Part shown: positions 20,250 to 30,691 of the stretch, in pieces | Layout of the letters: each line of letters starts with the position of its first letter | Position numbering within the stretch: position 1 is the first letter of the stretch | Assembly: GCA_963755715.1 (NCBI GenBank) | Contig: CAVWLW010000052.1 | Coordinates: 64,001 to 128,000, forward strand | Direction: 5' to 3' | From: an uncultured delta proteobacterium | Lineage (GTDB): Bacteria > Desulfobacterota > Binatia > UBA9968 | Length of the DNA: 64,000 nucleotides | Translations under genes and position numbers: made by a program | Notes under the pieces: model-generated | Told to the model about the DNA's origin: nothing | The model's database searches: none | What the model saw: the letters and a program-made list of their open reading frames with translations, nothing else

Positions 20250-21389
20250 ATGAGCGAATTTGACGTCTTAATGGAATCAATGGAGCGGACCGCTTACAAC
20301 AAGTGGATGCGAACCGAAGGGATCCCAGTTGTAAATGGTTATGGAATAGAGGACGTCCGAGATTTGGAACTTGCGAGCTGGGAGCGTATCGGTGGAAAGG
20401 GAGCCTTTATCAACCTTTACGGAATGGGAGGGGCAACGGGAATGTATGTAGCCCAAATTCCCCCGGGCGGTGCCCTGAAGTTAGAAAAGCATCTCTATGA
20501 AGAAGTCATCTGCATTTTGGATGGGAGAGGGACAACGGAAGTGTGGCAGGAGAATGGAGAAAAACAGGTCTTTGAATGGGGTCCGTGGAGTGTTTTTGCT
20601 CCGCCGATGAACAGCTGGCATCGTTTAGTGAATGGACGCAGAGAACCCGTTACCTTTTTAGCAGTCACAAATGCTCCTGTGGTTATCGATACATTTCGGG
20701 ATGCGAATTTCATCTTCAATTGTAATCACCTATTTCGAGACCGATTTGCAGGGGAAGAAGGGTACTTCAAGGAAAGTAACAAGCGCTACAAGAATAAGCG
20801 AGGTACTCAAACGCTCTGGGAGACCAACCTCATAGCCGATATCGTTGGCGCAGAGCTTGATATAAAGAAGGTGAAAGGACCCGGCTGGAAAGTCACCCAA
20901 TTCGAGATGAGCGGGAATTCTCTGATCGGGCATATGGCTGAGTGGCCTTCCGGAGTCTACAACAAGGCTCACTATCATGGGCCGGGCGCCACGATTCTAA
21001 TCTTACGGTCGCAAGGCTATACCTTAATATGGCCAAAAGAAGCTGGTGAGCGGCCTTTCGAGAGCGGACGAGGCCACGAAGTGATTCAACTCAACTGGCG
21101 AGTGGGCTCGCTGGTTTGTCCTCCGGGCGGTTGGTTCCATCAGCACTTTTGTACGGGTCCGGACCCGGCGCGTCTAATTGCGATTCGCTACGGGAGCAGG
21201 CTTCATCCCATCGGCACCGAGGTTACGGCGCAGCGGCAGGAGGACGGAGCCCACATATCAACAAAGGAAGGAGGGACAGTGATTGAGTTCGAGGACGAAG
21301 ACCCGCAGATCGGTCGTCGCTTCGAGGCAGAATTGAAGAAAACGGGAGCCCACTGTCAAATGCCACACCTCGGCGCCGTGGTAAACTAA
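20250..21389 (+). CDS. Bicupin protein (gentisate-dioxygenase-like fold)
   Basis: KHLYEE...PMNSWHRL and KAHYHGPG...WFHQHF cupin motifs; paralog of 49455. Confidence 0.85.
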   Translation: MSEFDVLMESMERTAYNKWMRTEGIPVVNGYGIEDVRDLELASWERIGGKGAFINLYGMGGATGMYVAQIPPGGALKLEKHLYEEVICILDGRGTTEVWQENGEKQVFEWGPWSVFAPPMNSWHRLVNGRREPVTFLAVTNAPVVIDTFRDANFIFNCNHLFRDRFAGEEGYFKESNKRYKNKRGTQTLWETNLIADIVGAELDIKKVKGPGWKVTQFEMSGNSLIGHMAEWPSGVYNKAHYHGPGATILILRSQGYTLIWPKEAGERPFESGRGHEVIQLNWRVGSLVCPPGGWFHQHFCTGPDPARLIAIRYGSRLHPIGTEVTAQRQEDGAHISTKEGGTVIEFEDEDPQIGRRFEAELKKTGAHCQMPHLGAVVN

Positions 21390-21480
21390 GCAGCTCGCCT
21401 TTGCTTCGAAAATTCTAAAATCGACAAAACGACAGACGTCGGGTGCACGTGGTGGAAAAGAATTAAAATCGGAGCCCCCA

Positions 21481-22545
21481 ATGAATGCGAAGATTCGAAC
21501 ATTTTTCCTACTCATCGGATCTTACTGTGTGACTTTCGCCGGAGTCGCGCACGGTGATGTGGCGGAAATTCTCGCCAAGATCAACTCCAGACCATCGCCA
21601 GAACGGGAAAGATTGCTTACAGAAAATGCGCGGAAAGAAGGGGCACTGACGTTCTACGGAGCCACGAACACCCGAGACCTGCAGGAGATTGTCGGAGCAT
21701 TTAACAAGCACTATCCATTTATCAAGGTTTCCTTTTCGAGTCTTGGCGGGCCTGGAGTTCTAAATAAGGTTCTCACGGAGCAGCGCGCCGGCATCAATCG
21801 CGCTGATGTAATCGCCACGACCGGAACGTATTTGGTGGATCTCATCGACAAAGGAACTTTGGCCAAGTACAAAAGTCCAATGGTTCCGTTCTTGCGGAAA
21901 GGCTTCGTCGACGCGGAGGGGTTCTGGCCGGGTGTCGACACCCGCGGTTACGCTGTGATCTACAACACGAAGAGGGTCAATGCCAACGAGGCGCCTAAAC
22001 GCTACGAAGATCTACTGCTGCCTCGCTGGAAACGGAACATGATCATGGATGTAGAGGCGCACAACCTATTTGCGGGTTTAGTTGATCTGTGGGGTCAGGG
22101 CAAGGCGGTAGATTTTTTTAAAAAATTGTCCGTAGAGCAGGAGGTTTTGTTTTCCCGCCAGTCCCACGCCTTTATGACTCAGCTAGTCGCAACTGGGGAA
22201 CACGATCTCATTGTGGACGGGTATATCCATAACGCGGTCGCCATGAAGGAAAAGGGCGCGCCCATTGAATTCGTCGCCTTTAATCCCACGATCCTTATGC
22301 CCGCCAACATTATCGGGATCATGTCGAGCGCCACAAATCCTCATGCGGCCGCCTTGTTCGTGGATTACAATTTGTCGAAAGAAGCGAGCGAGATTATGGT
22401 CAAGAATCAGGGTAGGTGGACGCCTCGCAAAGATGTGCCATGGACCGTCGAACCGCGAGTGGAGTTGCACGTGGTTTCGGCTTTGGAATGGGGAAGAAAA
22501 TTGAAGCCACTCGTTGACCTGTTTAGGAAAACGGTTGGGCAGTAG
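21481..22545 (+). CDS. ABC Fe3+-class substrate-binding protein
   Basis: Signal peptide; ARKEGAL, YNTK, APKRYEDLL, NPHAAALFVDY. Confidence 0.85.
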   Translation: MNAKIRTFFLLIGSYCVTFAGVAHGDVAEILAKINSRPSPERERLLTENARKEGALTFYGATNTRDLQEIVGAFNKHYPFIKVSFSSLGGPGVLNKVLTEQRAGINRADVIATTGTYLVDLIDKGTLAKYKSPMVPFLRKGFVDAEGFWPGVDTRGYAVIYNTKRVNANEAPKRYEDLLLPRWKRNMIMDVEAHNLFAGLVDLWGQGKAVDFFKKLSVEQEVLFSRQSHAFMTQLVATGEHDLIVDGYIHNAVAMKEKGAPIEFVAFNPTILMPANIIGIMSSATNPHAAALFVDYNLSKEASEIMVKNQGRWTPRKDVPWTVEPRVELHVVSALEWGRKLKPLVDLFRKTVGQ

Positions 22546-22829
22546 AGCATGCTCTCGGCCACGAATTGAAAGTGTCGTGGGATCAACCCTTGCAAAATTA
22601 TAGCTTCAAGACCTTTGTCAATCTTCCAGAATTGCATCACGTATCGGCGATACCAAACCGCCACACAATTCCGCCACATCTCCCAGCCATTTAGAGAAAC
22701 GAGTTACGCTAAGGTCGGCAATTATCACTTAAGAGGCCTGCTTTCTTCGATCCCGCATCACAAGTATGCTTGGTCAGCAAATTGCTCATGCAATAGGATT
22801 GCGTGTGCATGTCATTGGACGTCGATCAA

Positions 22830-22855
22830 GTAAACCCTTTTCAAGGGGCGTCGTC
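22830..22855 (+). promoter_or_regulatory. Putative ECF sigma promoter
   Basis: GTAAAC-N16-CGTC upstream of a Spy/CpxP-like gene, matching the AAC/CGT ECF pattern. Confidence 0.5.
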
Positions 22856-22918
22856 CAACAAGCGACTAGGCACGACTTGATTGATTTGACTGTAAACTAA
22901 ATCATACTAGGAGGTTTT

Positions 22919-23398
22919 ATGGTGTTAAAGACGAAGCATTTCGGGATCATAGCCCTCATTATAATATTCGGCGTCGGTTTGTCGGCCCTGTCGAGCTTTG
23001 CGCAGATGCGCCATGGTCGTGGAGGCGCCGGCGGTCCAAATCTGTTTTTCTTGATGCGTGCAGCCAATCTCACGCCGGATCAAAAGACCCAGGTACATAC
23101 GTTGATGCAAAACAGTCGGCAAAATTCTCAGCAGATTGTCAGCCAGCTCATGCCGCTCCGGCAGCAGCTCAACAGTGCGCTTTATTCCACCGGCACGGCC
23201 AACCCTAGCTTGATCAGCCAGGTCAACGGATTAGAAAGCCAGCTGCAACAGGAGAGGTATAGTGTTTTTCAGCAGGTGTGGTCATTGTTGAATTCGACAC
23301 AACAGAATCAAGTCACAACCCTATATTCGCAGATGGCGGCTAACAGGGCGCAACGTCTAAACGCTTGGAAATCATTACATCAGCAGCAAAGTCAATAA
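22919..23398 (+). CDS. Spy/CpxP-like periplasmic chaperone (LTXXQ family)
   Basis: Signal peptide, LTPDQ and LNSTQQ motifs, Gln-rich helices; RBS AGGAGG. Confidence 0.8.
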   Translation: MVLKTKHFGIIALIIIFGVGLSALSSFAQMRHGRGGAGGPNLFFLMRAANLTPDQKTQVHTLMQNSRQNSQQIVSQLMPLRQQLNSALYSTGTANPSLISQVNGLESQLQQERYSVFQQVWSLLNSTQQNQVTTLYSQMAANRAQRLNAWKSLHQQQSQ

Positions 23399-23423
23399 CG
23401 CCTGGGTAAGTCTTGGCAAATTG

Positions 23424-23457
23424 GCCCGGTGGGCTGCGCCACCGGGCTCCAGTTTTT
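23424..23457 (+). terminator. Probable intrinsic terminator
   Basis: GCCCGGTGG-gctgcg-CCACCGGGC hairpin followed by a T run, between convergent genes. Confidence 0.6.
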
Positions 23458-23497
23458 GCGAACTGTCGCTGCGGCCGGTCAGTTGAACACTATTTCG

Positions 23498-25038
23498 TTA
23501 GCGTTGCGTCGTTCGGTTCATGCGTTCCAGCTTTCCTCGATCGATCTTGCCAAGCCCCGTGCACGGCAGAGCTGAGAGAAATTCCACACCCTTAGGCGCT
23601 TTGTAGGCTGCCAATGATTCTTTGCAGAATTGAATCAACGCAGCGGCATTGCACTCGGCGCCATGATGCAGAACCACGAAAGCTTGCATTGCTTCACCCC
23701 ACTCCTGACTTTTGAAACCGACAACCGCCGCATCCGCCACAGCCGGATGTCTGCGCAATGTGTCTTCAATCTCTTCGGGGAAAACGCTGATGCCGCCGCT
23801 TTTGATCATGTTCTTTTTGCGGCCGGAAATATGCAGGTAGCCTTCACTATCTAGAAAGCCGATGTCGCCGGTGTGGCACCAGCCGCCGTGGAGGAATTCC
23901 TCGGTCGCTTGCGGGTTTTGGTAGTAGCCTTGGATCGCGAGCGGAGTGCGGACGCAGACTTCGCCTTCGCTTCCGATCGGAACGTCGCGGCCGTCGTCAT
24001 CGGCGATACGCACGAGCACGCACCAGATGGGTTTGCCGACGGTGTCGCCGTGAGTGTCCCAATCGTCTCCGCCGATTGTTGTGATCTGGCCGCAGTCGGT
24101 GGAGGCGTAGGCTTCGGAAGAGTGGGCGACAGAGCTGTTTACGCGTTTCGCGCGCGAGCTTCTTTCGAAAGATGGCCGCCGGTAATGCCGAGATAGCGGA
24201 GGGAAGATTTTTGATAGTCATCCAAACGCTCGTGGCGCAGTAGGCGCTCGCATAGGGTTGGCACCAGCATCGTGTAGGTGATCTTTTCGCGCTCGATTGT
24301 TTCTAAAAACAGTGTCGCGTCGAATTTTTCTTGAATGAAGATCGTCCCGCCGAGATATAGGATGCTCATGACCGAGCCGCGCCCGGCGTTGAAGTGTACC
24401 GGCAGCGCCATCAGCGCGCGTTCGTCCGGATTCATGCCTTTGGTCAGCCCGTAATTCATGCAGCGCAGCGAATAGGTTTCGTGGTCGATGCTGCAGGCCT
24501 TGGGAAATCCGGTGGTGCCGGAGGTGATCATGAGGAGGAAGGGATCGCGGCCTTGGACTTCGACTCCAGGATCACCTGGGTCGCTTTGAATAATTACGGA
24601 TTCAAAAAGAGACGCTTCGACAGGCTCAGCGTGAGCGGACGAAGATGAATTGATAACGAGGAGGTTGTTTCGCTGCACATGCTCGCGCGCAAGCTTGGTC
24701 AAAGCATCGGTCTCTTTGCGCGTTTCCAGAAAGAAGGCTTTTGGCGCGAAGAAGCCGAGCATCGCTTCGCACTCTTGCGCGCTCCAGTTGAAATCGAAGG
24801 GAACAGCGACGGCGCCGATTTTGGCGAGCGCGAAGAGGGCTTCGAAATGCTCGGCGCGGCTGCCGCAGGAGAGGCCGACCAAGTCGCCTTTGCGGATATC
24901 TTGAGCGAGCAGGTAATTCGCCAGCCGATTCGTGCGTTCGTGGAATTCGCGATAGGTCAACGTTCTGTGCGCGTCGACGATGGCGTGTTTGTCGGGAAAG
25001 TGCTGCGCGTTGCGCGGGAGTGATTCGCCGATGTTCAT
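23498..25038 (-). CDS. Long-chain acyl-CoA synthetase / AMP-binding protein (frameshifts ~24020-24150)
   Basis: ITSGTTGFPK, HTGDIG, GRKKNMIKSGG, LPCTGLGKI spread over ORFs 24139-25038 and 23498-24019. Confidence 0.87.
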
Positions 25039-25076
25039 GGTTCGACCTTGCTAATTATTATTTCGTTAATGTTTGG

Positions 25077-25134
25077 GTAGGGGCAGGCCCCCGTGCCTGC
25101 CCTCCGGAGGGCAACCACAGGGGGTTGCCCCTAC
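25077..25134. repeat. GTAG-type REP doublet
   Basis: GTAGGGGCAGGCCCCCGTGCCTGCCC ... GGGCAACCACAGGGGGTTGCCCCTAC: inverted pair with GTAG/CTAC ends. Confidence 0.8.
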
Positions 25135-25166
25135 ATAATTGTTCGTACGATGAAGACGGCGACGAT

Positions 25167-26171
25167 TTATTTTTTCCAGACCGCATCGATAAAGCCGGTT
25201 TTTTCCAACTCCTGAATGAAGCTCGAGTCGACTACCGCGTTTGGGTCGAAGGTTTTGGCGCGCGGGTCGCGCGCCTCCAAGGTTTTGAGCATGAACTCGA
25301 TGCCCTTCATATTGACGTAGGGAACCCGATCCTGGAAGCGCGTGACGACGTCGTAAGTCGGGTTGAGCACGTTGGGGTCGCGATTCTGGGCGAAGTCGGC
25401 GGTGACTTTCAAAACAAATTCGCGATTGTCTTTATAGTAGCGCAGCCCTTCGACAAAGGTCTTCATTACCCGCATCACGGTGTCGCGATGGGATTTTATG
25501 TATGTCTTGGTGCTGGCGAAGCAGCTGCCCGGGTTGTAGAGACCGAGCTTGCTCATGTCGATGAGCTCGTGGAGGCCAAGCCTTTCGGCGGCGATATCTT
25601 GTGGCGGGATAAACGTGGAGGCGGATATTACGCCTTTGCTCAAGGCGGCCAGACGTGTCGGAGCCCCGCCTACCGCTACCATCGCGAAGTCGCGGTCGGG
25701 AATCAGCCCGCGGTCTCGGAGTATGAAACGGACGACGCTGTCTTCCTGGGAGCCGATCGTGGTAACGCCGATTTTCTTGCCTTTGAGATCGGCGACGGTC
25801 TTCACATCGGGTGTCGAGAAGACGCGCCAATAAAGCGTGTTGATGCCGCAAGCAAGATAAACCGTGTCAGCGCCGCCGACGGCGGAGGCAACCAGCGCTG
25901 CGCCGCCGAGGAAGCTCAGCGGCACCTGGCCGGAGACCATCGCGGTAGTCAAGATCGGGCTGCCTTGTATGTACACGAGATCGACGTCCAGACCATTCTT
26001 TTTGAACAATCCGCCTTTGCGCATGACTTCGATAATGCCGAGCGATGCGACTGGGGCGGGGTAGCCGATGACGAGTTTTTCGAGTTTCTGGGCGTCGGCG
26101 GACCAGACAGAGTGTGGTTCTAAGAAAGAAAGACACAAAACACTTATGACGAGCAATACTCGATGGTTCAA
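25167..26171 (-). CDS. ABC substrate-binding protein, NMT1/SsuA-like
   Basis: Signal peptide; GLFKKNGLDV, DLKGKKIGVT motifs. Confidence 0.87.
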   Translation of the reverse strand: MNHRVLLVISVLCLSFLEPHSVWSADAQKLEKLVIGYPAPVASLGIIEVMRKGGLFKKNGLDVDLVYIQGSPILTTAMVSGQVPLSFLGGAALVASAVGGADTVYLACGINTLYWRVFSTPDVKTVADLKGKKIGVTTIGSQEDSVVRFILRDRGLIPDRDFAMVAVGGAPTRLAALSKGVISASTFIPPQDIAAERLGLHELIDMSKLGLYNPGSCFASTKTYIKSHRDTVMRVMKTFVEGLRYYKDNREFVLKVTADFAQNRDPNVLNPTYDVVTRFQDRVPYVNMKGIEFMLKTLEARDPRAKTFDPNAVVDSSFIQELEKTGFIDAVWKK

Positions 26172-26422
26172 TTGACCGTTCCTTTCTTTAACTTTTGGGC
26201 CCTTTTGGTGTGGTCGAAGTGCTCGTGAGTATCTATGAGATCTTCGACTTTAGAGCAGCGGGTGAACTTCAGCGCTTCTTCGACTTGGTCGATGCGGCGG
26301 ATGTCGGCATCGACAAGATCCGCTGCGCCGCTGGTATCTTTGACGATGGTAAAATTTGTCGCACCCTTGGGTCCGACGATCACGTAAGCGGACTTGCCGG
26401 CTTGGTGGATCGTGTATTCCAT
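26168..26422 (-). pseudogene. Truncated MBL-fold metallohydrolase
   Basis: THEHFDH (HxHxDH) motif, then stop about 13 codons later; only the N-terminal ~85 aa are present. Confidence 0.55.
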
Positions 26423-26555
26423 GGCTTGGGGGATATCGGATAGAACGCTTGGTTGCAAGTTAGTTGCGGTAATGTTCCTGTTCATCGTCGAGATGAAACT
26501 TGTCGTAACGTGTCACTCTTATGCTGACCATCGGACGTGAATAATACCTCACGTC

Positions 26556-26638
26556 TCATTTCAAACGGAGTGAGAAATCTTTCTTGTCTGACGGGCGGCG
26601 GAATCGGAAAGATCTCTCGCTGCGCGCTCGAGATGACA
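26556..26638. repeat. REP-like family A, inverted pair
   Basis: TCATTTCAAACGGAGTGAGAAATCTTT ... AAAGATCTCTCGCTGCGCGCTCGAGATGACA. Confidence 0.7.
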
Positions 26639-26797
26639 ACACTAGACTGAGTGTCACGGCGGAGTAACGACATAATCTCGACGCGGGACGGAGAGTTGGG
26701 GCGACGCACAGCAGCTACTCTATTAGCTCGTGTTGACCTCTCGTCACATCCGATGTTATTCGCCTAAGGAGCATTCGAGCAAAGAAAGGACAAGTTC

Positions 26798-27575
26798 ATG
26801 ATCAAGGAAGGCAAGTTTACACTCTTGGAGAAACGCGGCGCGGTGGCGAAAATTACCATCAACCGGCCGGAAAAAAGAAACGCGTTGAGCCGGGATGCGA
26901 TTCGCGAAATTCTTTCGCTTTTCGAAGAACTGCGGAACGACGATTCGATAGCGGTAGTTTTGACCACCGGTGCCGGCGACGTGGCCTATTGCGCCGGCCG
27001 CGATCTCTCTGAATTTCCCACGGAGGGCGGCAAGAACCGCGGCACAGACCGCCGCGCCGAGCCGCGCGCTTATCATGTTGCCGAGGTCATTCGGACTTTT
27101 CCTAAAGTCACGATCGCCGTAGTGAATGGTTTCTGTCTTGGGCGGCGGCATTACGCTGTTGCTGCCGCATGACCTGGCGATTGCATCGGATAAAGCGCAA
27201 TTCGGTTTGCCTGAAATCAAGCGGGGCTTCTTGCCTTATCCGATCATCGCGACCATGTTCAAAACTCTCATTCCGACGAAACTCGCATTCGAGTTGATTC
27301 TCACCGGCGAAAATTGGGACGCGCAGAAATCCATGGCCGCTGGTTTGATCAATCGCGTGGTGCCGCACGCCGAGCTGCAGGACGCAGCGTGGAAATGGGG
27401 CGAGGAGATCGGCAAGTTCGACAAAGTGACTTTGAAATTTTGCAAAATGGCGGCGCATTCGTCGATGGAAGCGGCGAGCGTGCCGATGGCGGCGGAGATC
27501 GCTTGGTTGATGCAGGAGGAGCATACGTTGGTGAACCCGCGCGCGTACGCCGGGACGAAGGAGTTTCATAAGTAG
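26798..27575 (+). CDS. Enoyl-CoA hydratase/lyase family protein, frameshift near 27140
   Basis: NRPEKRNAL, YCAGRDL, VNGFCLGGG, FGLPEIKRG across two ORFs. Confidence 0.85.
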
Positions 27576-27621
27576 GTGACAAACAGAGCGAAGCAAAATC
27601 GTCGGGCGCGAGGTCCTGCGT

Positions 27622-28629
27622 ATGAAAATATTTCGAATGTTCGGGAAATCGGTTTTGACAGTGTCGTGCCTGACTCTGGCGGCGGGCGTGTTGGCGACGT
27701 CGGCGTCGGCGAAAACGACCCTGCGCGTCGCTTACAGCTCGATTTCCGGCTCGGCTGTTGTGCCCTGGATTGCTGTCGATAAGGGGTTTTTTGCCAAATA
27801 CGATCTCGATGTCGAGCTAATTTACGTCGCCGGCTCGCAAGCGATGCAGTCGTTACTTAGCGGTACCACGCCGATCGGTCTTCAGGGCATCGAGCCGGTG
27901 TTTCGCGTCAACGCCCACGGCAGCGACACGGTCATGATCCTGGGTCTGGTGACCAAGCCGCCTTTCTCGATTATCGTGCGTCCGGAGATCAAGGACTATC
28001 GTGAGCTCAAAGGTAAAGCGATGGGTATCACCCGCTACGGCTCGTCGACCGACATGCTTTTAAGACTCACTCTGGAAAAATGGGGTTTCAAGCCGGAAAG
28101 CGACGTGCCCATCTTGCAAATGGGCGGCGTGCCGCCGATCTTGGCCGGCATGCAGTCGAAGCGGATCTTCGGCGGTCCGCTTTCGCTGCCGACCTTGGCA
28201 CGCGCCAAACAAGAAGGATACCGGGAGCTGGCGGACGTCGCCGACTTGGTTCCCGACTACCAAGTTGCCGGAATCGTGACGCGGCGCTCATTCATTAAAC
28301 AGAATGGCGACGCGGTGCGCGGCTTCCTCAAAGCAATAATAGAAGCGACGGCAACCTTTAAAAACGATCCGGCAACTGCGCGGAAGGTCATGAGAGAGCG
28401 GCTCAAGATCGACGATCCTTCGGTGATCGAAGAGACCCAAAAAAATTACCCGCGCTATATGCCGATGGTTCCGTATCCGAGCCGCGCCGGGATCGCCGTC
28501 ATCAAATCTTTCCTGGATAAAACCGATGCCGCGGTGCGGCCGCTGTCCATCGACGATCAAATCGACAATCAGATCGTCCGTGAGCTCGAACAGAGCGGGT
28601 TTATCAATGGCGCATATCGTTCCAAATGA
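27622..28629 (+). CDS. ABC substrate-binding protein, NMT1/SsuA-like
   Basis: Signal peptide; KGFFAKYDLDV, ELKGKAMGITRYGS. Confidence 0.87.
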   Translation: MKIFRMFGKSVLTVSCLTLAAGVLATSASAKTTLRVAYSSISGSAVVPWIAVDKGFFAKYDLDVELIYVAGSQAMQSLLSGTTPIGLQGIEPVFRVNAHGSDTVMILGLVTKPPFSIIVRPEIKDYRELKGKAMGITRYGSSTDMLLRLTLEKWGFKPESDVPILQMGGVPPILAGMQSKRIFGGPLSLPTLARAKQEGYRELADVADLVPDYQVAGIVTRRSFIKQNGDAVRGFLKAIIEATATFKNDPATARKVMRERLKIDDPSVIEETQKNYPRYMPMVPYPSRAGIAVIKSFLDKTDAAVRPLSIDDQIDNQIVRELEQSGFINGAYRSK

Positions 28630-28646
28630 GGGGAAGGCGAAGATTC

Positions 28647-29612
28647 ATGCGTTTATATTTTCTCGGTGCGCTGATTTTTCTGTTGTCACTGACGGCGATC
28701 GGCGGCGCTCAAGAACGCCGCAAGATTCGCATCTCGAATGCGACCTTGAGTTATTCGGCGTTACCTCTGGTGGCGGCGCGCGAGTGGAAACTATTTCAAG
28801 AGCAAGGCTTGGATGTGGAGATCATTCTTATGCGCTCGGCTGCCGCCGCGGCGGCGCTGGTTTCCGGCGATCTCGACTATCAATCCGGCATCGGACCGGC
28901 GAGCATCAGCGCGACGTTGAGCGGCGTGGAGTCGCGCGCACTCTGGTCATCCACCAGTCACATCACTTATTGGTTGATGGCGAAACCGCAGTACAAATCG
29001 GTTCAGGAATTGAAGCAGAAGAAAATTGGCGTCTCCGGTCTGGGCGGGACGAGTCATGTGGCGATGGTGGTGGCTCTGGAAAAAAGCGGTCTGTCCGCGA
29101 AGGACTATGTGGCGGTTTCGGTGCCCGGCGGGAATCTCGTGCAATCGCTCGACTCCGGGTTCGTCGACGCGGCAACGCTCAATCCGCCCACCATGTTCTT
29201 TGCCCAGCGGCGCGGCTTCGTTCGCTTGCTCGACATCGGCTCGATGGTCGAGATGGCGTCGGGCGGTCTGACGGCGATGAATCGCACGATCAAAACTCGG
29301 CCCGATGAAGTCAAGCGTATTATCCGGGCTCTGCAACTTGGCAAGCGCGCCATGCTCAAGTCGCGAGAAAGGACTCTCGATCTGATCACCAGCGTGCTCA
29401 AGATGGACAAGCAGACCGCGGCGGACACTTACAGCATCGTGCAAACTACTTTTAATGACACCGGCATTCCCACGCGGGAGGGCATCGGCAATATTATCCG
29501 AGCGATCAAAGCCGACGGTCGTTTCACTGATCGCAATATCGCTTTCGAAGAAGTCGCAGAACCGCGGTTCGCTATCGAAGTCGCCAAGGAACTGGGTTAC
29601 AAGGTGCCGTAA
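28647..29612 (+). CDS. ABC substrate-binding protein, NMT1/SsuA-like
   Basis: Signal peptide; LFQEQGLDVE, LVSGDLDY, ELKQKKIGVS. Start 28626 or 28647. Confidence 0.87.
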   Translation: MRLYFLGALIFLLSLTAIGGAQERRKIRISNATLSYSALPLVAAREWKLFQEQGLDVEIILMRSAAAAAALVSGDLDYQSGIGPASISATLSGVESRALWSSTSHITYWLMAKPQYKSVQELKQKKIGVSGLGGTSHVAMVVALEKSGLSAKDYVAVSVPGGNLVQSLDSGFVDAATLNPPTMFFAQRRGFVRLLDIGSMVEMASGGLTAMNRTIKTRPDEVKRIIRALQLGKRAMLKSRERTLDLITSVLKMDKQTAADTYSIVQTTFNDTGIPTREGIGNIIRAIKADGRFTDRNIAFEEVAEPRFAIEVAKELGYKVP

Positions 29613-29617
29613 CGAGA

Positions 29618-29700
29618 ATGGGGTGATGGAGTAATGGAGTAACGGAGTGATGGGTATTCGGATCGAGCAACACTCCAATACTCCATCACTCCATTACTCC
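29618..29700. repeat. Short tandem octamer repeats forming an inverted pair (TGGAGT(A/G)A ... (T/C)ACTCCA)
   Basis: About 4 units each way between convergent genes; related copy at 35647-35713. Confidence 0.7.
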
Positions 29701-29722
29701 AATTGGGAGTTGGGTGGATGGG

Positions 29723-30671
29723 CTAATTCCCCACCGGCGCAAACAGTTCGCTGAGCGGTGCGCGATAAGGAATGTAACCCTGCTCGTGCGCATACTCGAC
29801 GAATTTTTCCAGCACCACTTGATTCTCCGGCGTCAGACCGTGGCCCCACGGATTCTTGCCGAAAGACTTCTTCCTCTTCTTCTAAAATCAGCACGGCGCT
29901 GGGAAATGCGGAACGCTTGGCGTAGTCGTAGGATTTTCGACAGAGTTCCTCAGCCTGATTGAACGCTTCTAACAGACTCGAAACCAGCCAGGGATTTTCA
30001 TCGAAAAGCGATTGGCGCACGACCAAAGTGTGGGTGATCGGAAAGATTTTGGTCTTGCGAAAGTAGTCGTTGACCGTGCTGCGCGGGTCCTTGAACAGGC
30101 GCTCAATGCGCGGATCTTTGGCCCGGAACGACGGCACGATATTGGGCGGAATCAACGCGTCGATCTCGCCGCGGAGCAACAGCGCTTCGGTAGGCTCGTC
30201 GACAACGGTAATTTTGATGCCTTTGGGCGGCTGGTAGCCGGCGCGCTCAGGATCCGAGGTGTACCATTCGCATTCCTCGGGCCGCACGCCGTAATGCTCC
30301 TGGAGAATGCCCCTGGCCCAGAGGCCGACAGTCAGGCGGTACTCATCCATGCCGATTTTCTTCCCTTTGAGATCTTCGGGCTTTTCAATTCCCGATGCGG
30401 GCGAACAGAAAATGTACGGATGAATTTGCATGCGCAACGGAAAAATAGGCAAGGCGATGACCGGTTCTTTGCGGCAGCGCGCCATCATATACCAGGAGAG
30501 CGACATCTCGGCGATGTCGAATTCCTCATACACCGGCCGCATGCAGGCTTCGCCGGTCTCCGCGCGACGCGGTTGCAGCTTGATTCTTGCCGCAGTCACT
30601 TCGCCGTTCAGCAGCGGTCGCGTGCGGTGATAGTCGGCGAGCATGAGGGTCAGTTCGAGATCGGGTGCCAT
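29723..30671 (-). CDS. 4,5-dihydroxyphthalate decarboxylase-like protein (Pht5/OphC family), frameshift near 29866
   Basis: LADYHRTRPL, FDIAEMSLS, LKGKKIG..EY..T..LWARGIL, IFPITH; corrected C-terminus NPWGHGL...YAHEQG; no signal peptide. Confidence 0.8.
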
Positions 30672-30691
30672 GATGTCTCCTTCGTAACGTT

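Noticed and set aside
29618-29700. Possible CRISPR array
   Set aside because: Tandem 8-mers with no spacers and no cas genes; simple repeat.
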